NCBI RefSeq assembly: GCF_009914755.1
Contig: NC_060927.1
DNA length: 64,000 nt
Direction: 5' to 3' (one strand)
Origin: the human T2T-CHM13v2.0 reference genome, Homo sapiens
Under the pieces are notes generated by a model. It did not search any database, had not been told where the DNA came from, and worked only from the letters and a program-made list of their open reading frames with translations. This document shows positions 1-64,000 of the stretch, piece after piece (within the stretch, counting starts at the first letter, position 1; every line of letters begins with the position of its first letter). The position numbers were made by a program, and so were the translations under genes.

Positions 1-335
<335 letters not shown>

Positions 336-595
336 CATATTAGCATTTTAGAAGCTCTGACAAGTCCTGCAGCAAAGCAAACTCTTTAGCTTTGTTTAAC
401 TCTAACTTGTTTGACCGTAGAATTTTTTCTGTGGGGCTGATGGTTGCAGCCACTGGCTCAGGGAGAATTTTTCTGCATCTTCTTTCCCAGGCCCCGCTGA
501 GGGGCTCTGGCTGGTGTGGGTGCTCTGGGATGAGCCTATCTTGCTACCTGGACCATGCTCACTGCCCATTTCTGTGCATGGCCCGGGCCCTGCAG

Positions 596-43428
<42,833 letters not shown>

Positions 43429-43451
43429 ACTCAGACAGAAGGGCTGGGGCC

Positions 43452-43457
43452 ATTAAA
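43452..43457 (+). terminator. DNAH1 polyadenylation signal (ATTAAA)
   Basis: ATTAAA 23 nt after the stop codon. Confidence 0.75.
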
Positions 43458-44014
43458 GCTGAATTTTCTAAGCAGTCCAGCTGTGCCTTAGCTGCTTGCA
43501 TGAGGACCCCTCTGCAGGACTCACTGCCAGGGGGCTGGTGAGGGGCTGCAGCAGCCTCAGCAGACGATGCAGTCGGCAGAGGAGAGCGGGACAGAGGCGG
43601 CAGCTTTGACCTGCTTTACCTGTCCAAAAGCAACAAGGAAGAGATGCCCAGCGCCCTCCCAGGGAGAACACACCAGGCGAGATTAGATTAGAGGCAGCCC
43701 CGCCTCTTTGACCCACAGTCCCAGCACCTCTCCAGGCTGCAAAGCCACAGATTTGGTGAAAGCCATGGCCCTCTCCCCAGAAAGTGCACCCTGTCTACAG
43801 TCCACCTGAAGTCCCTCCTCAGCTCAGGTCCTAAATCCCAGGCCTAGGATTCCAAGGATCTCTGGCCCAAGACAGCTGGACACTCAAGGATCATATACTT
43901 CTTACCTTTCTGGTCCCAGGGCCCTAGGCCCATGAGGTCTAGTAAGGCCCAGCCTCCATATCTCAGGCCAGCAACCACAGGAGGGTTCATTTCTCAGGAG
44001 ATTCTTAGGAGAGT

Positions 44015-44020
44015 TTTATT
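44015..44020 (-). terminator. BAP1 polyadenylation signal (AATAAA)
   Basis: tttatt on + strand, about 1.25 kb downstream of the BAP1 stop, with UGUA elements upstream. Confidence 0.8.
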
Positions 44021-45269
44021 CATTCATTGATCCAGTATTTACAGGGGCTAGAGGGGTCAAGCTGTGCTCAGCCCAGAGGCAGCTGCCACACTTGCCAGCA
44101 CCCCCCACTCAGTCACTATGTACAGATAAAGGGGCCTGCTTGGATCACCTTTTTCAAAGCCATCTGGCAGAGGCCATGGGGCTGTGTTGGGGCCTGGGCT
44201 CCAGAGGCACTGCTGGGCCCATTACCCCTTGGCATCAGGTCCTCTGGAACACAGGGGCTCCAACGGGTTGTCTTGATCCTGCTGTCCCCCACCCTGAGTG
44301 CCTTGCAGAGGCTGAGGAAACTGGAGTAGCAGGAAGAGCTGAGTGGTGCCAGCTTCCTATAAGCAACCCTGTCTCTGCTACCCCTGAGAGGGAGACATGG
44401 TAATACTGAGGGGCTGGACAGAGGCTCTTCTGAGCCTCAAGCGCCAGGGACAGAGACCTAGAGCCCAATTTAGGCCCATAGCTAGGGCCACAACACTGAA
44501 GGCGAAGAGCCCTAGAACCTTGCTATGGAGAGCAGTCTTGAACAGCCTGGCTAGAACAAGGAAGACAGTTCACAGGCCACTGAACAGTTCCCACATGCTC
44601 TGCTCAGGCCATGGGATCCCAGCAGCCTGCTCACCCCAACCCCACTGGGACACCCTACTCCCAACCCAGCCCAGTGCTGGGTCCCTGAGTTTGGCACTCT
44701 CCTAAGAGGAATGAAGAGAGAAGACCTGGCTTCCTTACAACAGGGACAGGCTGGTGGCTGGGGCTAGAGCAGCAGGGCCCAGAGCCCAGGGCCCACCCAG
44801 GCCCCCAGCTAGGACCCTGTAGTTGGGACCGTGGCATGATACAAGGACCTGGGCCCACCAGGACAGCTCCTAGGAGAGAAAGCATAGTCAGGTAGGAACT
44901 TATGTCAACATGGTGGCATGTTGGGTTGGAGCCCAGAAAAATAGATGTCTCTGATAGGTAAAATATATATTCTGCTGCCCAGGCAGAAGGGCCAGGTCCT
45001 GCTGCTCCACAGCCGGCTGTGGAGGAAGCTGCAGTACCTCGCTGTGCCCCAACTCCAGATGCTGCCTCCTGAGCACTATGGGGCTGATCTGCCGTGTCAG
45101 GCCTCAGGGCACGATGGAAGGAATGTGGCCTGGTTCCTCCCATTCCCAGGGCCTGGACTCTCCAGCTGGGACTATTCAGTAATACTGGGAAAAGGGGAAG
45201 TGGGGCAGGGAAGGACCCTGGTGAGGGCCACACGGCAAGAGTGGGCTGCAGAGTCAGGGCCAGCAGTCC

Positions 45270-52859
<7,590 letters not shown>

Positions 52860-53109
52860 CTTCCCGCGGGGCGGCCCCTCAGCGCCATGTCCAGGCCCTC
52901 CCTCCCCACCGCTGCCCCCACCGGGAGCCCCCACCGCCCCCGGGGCCCCTCAGTCCCACACACAGACAACGGGCCCAGTCGCGTCACCCGCCCGCGCCGG
53001 CGGCAGACGTCACCAAGGCGCGACGGCCCTGCTCCGCCTCTGGGCTCGTCTTCCGCCTGTCGGACAGCAGATGCGGGCATGCGCTCGAAGGCGAACGCGC
53101 ACGCGCGGA

Positions 53110-53240
53110 GGGACGGGGGCGAAGGGGAGGGACGGGGGCGAAGGGGAGGGGCGGGGCGGGACGGGACGGGGGCGAAGGGGAGGGGCGGGGCGGGACGGGG
53201 GCGAAGGGGAGGGTCGGGACGAGGCGGGCGAAGGGAAGAG
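53110..53240 (+). repeat. G-rich 19-mer repeat array GGGACGGGGGCGAAGGGGA
   Basis: Exact copies at 53110, 53129, 53163 and 53192, plus a degenerate copy near 53216. Confidence 0.9.
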
Positions 53241-53639
53241 GGGGTCCGGGCGATGCTGAGCGCTGAGGCTCGAGAGGAGGGGCGGGACGGGCAGTACTAG
53301 GCCCGGGTGCTGCGAGGGGAGGGGCGGAGCGGGCGAGGGGAAAAGGCGGGGCCGGGAAGTGCTGGGCGCAGGTGGGGCGAGAGGAGGGGCGGGGCAGGCT
53401 AGGGGAAAAGGCGGGGATGGGCGGGGCTGGGCGCGGATGGTGGGAGAGGAGGGACGGGGCGGGGCGGCGAACGGAAGGGGCGGGGGCGGGTGTTGGGCGC
53501 TGAGGCGCGAGAGGAGGGGATGGGCGGGGCGCGCGGCCGTTAGCGCGCGGCCGTTAGCGGTCGGTTTCTACTAACGGTAGGCGTCGCCGCGATTCCCGAA
53601 GGTCATAGTCCGCGTGACCCACCCCCGTTTGCGCGCTCG

Positions 53640-54228
53640 CAGTCTTCGCCGGCGCAGTCACCGCGCAGGGCGGCCGCCCGGAGGTAGCTACCACGGCCTG
53701 TGTCAACGACTAAAGCTCCAGTACAGCGGCGCCCTCAGACAGCTGGGAGGGTGGCTCTGGCCGGGAGCGGCGGCCGGTGAGCTACCGCGAGGAGGAGCGG
53801 CGGAGGCGACCTCGGCCCGGCCCTGCACTGGCCGCCCGGCAGGCGCGACATGAGCCTGGTCTGGCATCCGCGGGATGCTCCTTAAGCCCCTTCTCCGGCT
53901 GTTAACCTCCGGGGAACGGTTGTGACCACACCGACACGTATTTTACAGATAAATCATTCTTGCGGCGGCGGGTCGAACACGTTTATTTATTTTTTATTTT
54001 CTCAACAAGCTTTTACCCAGCACCTGTCCAGTGAAACAACTTGATAATCGTTTCGAGGGGCGTCCGCCGGGTTAGGAAGCCACTGCCTGGCAGCTTGTGG
54101 AAGCCTCATTTGCAAAGCCACCCCTCAGATGTTTTGAAGATCGTGACGTCTTGTAACTAGCAGTGTGTGCACAGAATCCTACTCAAGGAACGTCTTGGCC
54201 CAGCGATGCAAAGAACTGAAGTTTCAAG
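53640..54228 (+). other. PHF7: PHF7 non-coding exon 1 (5' end approximate)
   Basis: Runs out of the CpG island to a candidate donor AAG/gtttta at 54228/54229. Junction inferred, partly from memory of the mRNA. Confidence 0.6.
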
Positions 54229-54914
54229 GTTTTATGTCTATTGCTGGATGGTCGGGGTAGCCCCAGTAACTGGGAACTGCTCCGCAGTCCGCTCACGTGG
54301 ACCCCTGTGGGAATAGCAAGGTCAGGACATGCCCTTCTCTCTCCTCTTCCAGCCTGTCCAGTGTTTTCCTTAAGGAAGAAGCCATCAGATGTCATTGCTT
54401 CTGCAACTCCTGGGTTAGAGGAGGAGACAGAACAAGCACAAAGAAGGGGAGGGCAGGGTGGCTTTGGTTTCTTGAACAGTAATTTCCTCAGTCGTCCTTA
54501 TTCATGCAGAATAGTTTAAAGTCCCTGAAGATATTCCCGATCTCCAGCCGTGATCGGAGGCCATGGATACTGGAGTGTCTCTGGAGTGACCTGATTCACC
54601 CAGCCCTCCTTCTAAGAAATGCTGTCCTTCTCCTCTCCCCTGACTAGACAGTCCTTGCTTCACAGCGGTGGATTTTCTTTCGTTCCCGTTCACTTTCAGG
54701 GATCTCCCCGTTAACCAGTGAAACTGTACATTTGTTTTACAGTTTGTTTACTAATGAAAACAGGTAACAGCCGGAGTTGGCTGACATTGGAAATAGGAGA
54801 CAAGGTACCTTCTGCACTTTTGGCTATTGTACTCGGCTCAGATGGAGACAAAGGTTGGGTACAGACCATATCTCAGTGGCCACCTGAGCCTAGGTGAAAA
54901 GAATTGATAGGAGA

Positions 54915-55195
<281 letters not shown>

Positions 55196-55479
55196 GTGAT
55201 AGAGCCTAGGGGGTGTTTGTCAGTGTTACCTCTTGTCTCTCACTAGAGGGAGTTCTTGCTTTTAGGCAGCCCAAATCTCACAGGCTCCTTTGCTTAGGAA
55301 AAAGCTACCTTATCTAGCTTTCACTGGGTAGAATTAAGGCACCCATACTTAGGTGCAAAAGGAGCCTTTTTTTCCTGAGTGCTACTTCACGTATTTTTTT
55401 GTAGGCACAAAGAAACAACCATTTAGCTAGGTCAAGTAATGGTTCTAAGTTCTTTTGCTACTGTGTGATAGCAGTATAA

Positions 55480-55680
55480 CATGAGAGTTAGTGTTGGCCT
55501 CTGGAGCCAGGCTACTTGAGTTCAGATCCCATCTATATCACTTACTAACTCTTACCTTGGGCAGGATACTTAAACCTCTCTGTGCCTCAGTCCCCCATCT
55601 TGAAAATGGGGATAATAATGGTACCTACTGCATGGCGTGTTTGTGAGTTAACACATGTCAAGTACCTAGAACAGTCCCTT
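55480..55680 (+). mobile_element. MIR-like SINE
   Basis: ccttgggcaggatacttaaacctctctgtgcctcagt..aaaatggggataataat. Confidence 0.7.
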
Positions 55681-55860
55681 TTATTCCATCACATGGGTTG
55701 GGAGGTGAAGTGCACCATTGCCTTGACCCTGGGGAACTTGATAACCAAATACAGAATTAAATTGCTTACCAAACCCCATTTATATTTATAGCTGGAAGAG
55801 CCTGTATTGTCCTCACAATAGTATAGAAGAATTCAAGAGAGGAGAGAGAGACAGCACCGA

Positions 55861-64000
<8,140 letters not shown>

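Noticed and set aside
53110-53240. Repeat-spacer-like pattern as a CRISPR array
   Set aside because: Eukaryotic promoter, spacers 0-15 nt and low complexity, no cas genes

Overview
Human-type genomic DNA from the 3p21.1 locus, recognised from the encoded proteins. It contains four things. (1) The 3' two-thirds of DNAH1, axonemal inner-arm dynein heavy chain 1 (+ strand). I traced 56 exons (596..43428, 8940 coding nt in one frame), covering AAA1-AAA6, stalk/MTBD and the C-terminus; three introns have GC donors and one exon is a 39-nt microexon. (2) A sense-oriented processed pseudogene of PPP2R5C (PP2A B56gamma) in DNAH1 intron 44, with TSD and poly(A). (3) The complete 17-exon BAP1 gene (- strand, CDS 2190 nt = 729 aa), tail-to-tail with DNAH1. 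(4) The 5' part of PHF7 (+ strand), head-to-head with BAP1 across a shared CpG island. The rest is Alu, L1, L2, MIR and LTR debris. No prokaryote-type system, CRISPR array or new protein-coding gene is supported. The best candidate for an under-described system is the BAP1/PHF7 divergent unit: an H2A-ubiquitin eraser and a reported H2A-ubiquitin writer share one promoter, each has a uORF ending on its own start codon (ATGA), there is a MYB-site cluster on the PHF7 side and a G-rich 19-mer array on the BAP1 side. Other notable items are a duplicated decoy 3' splice site in BAP1 intron 8 and a 79-bp intragenic duplication in DNAH1. Exon numbers assume, from memory, a 78-exon/4265-aa DNAH1; exon lengths and phases are internally consistent with that.
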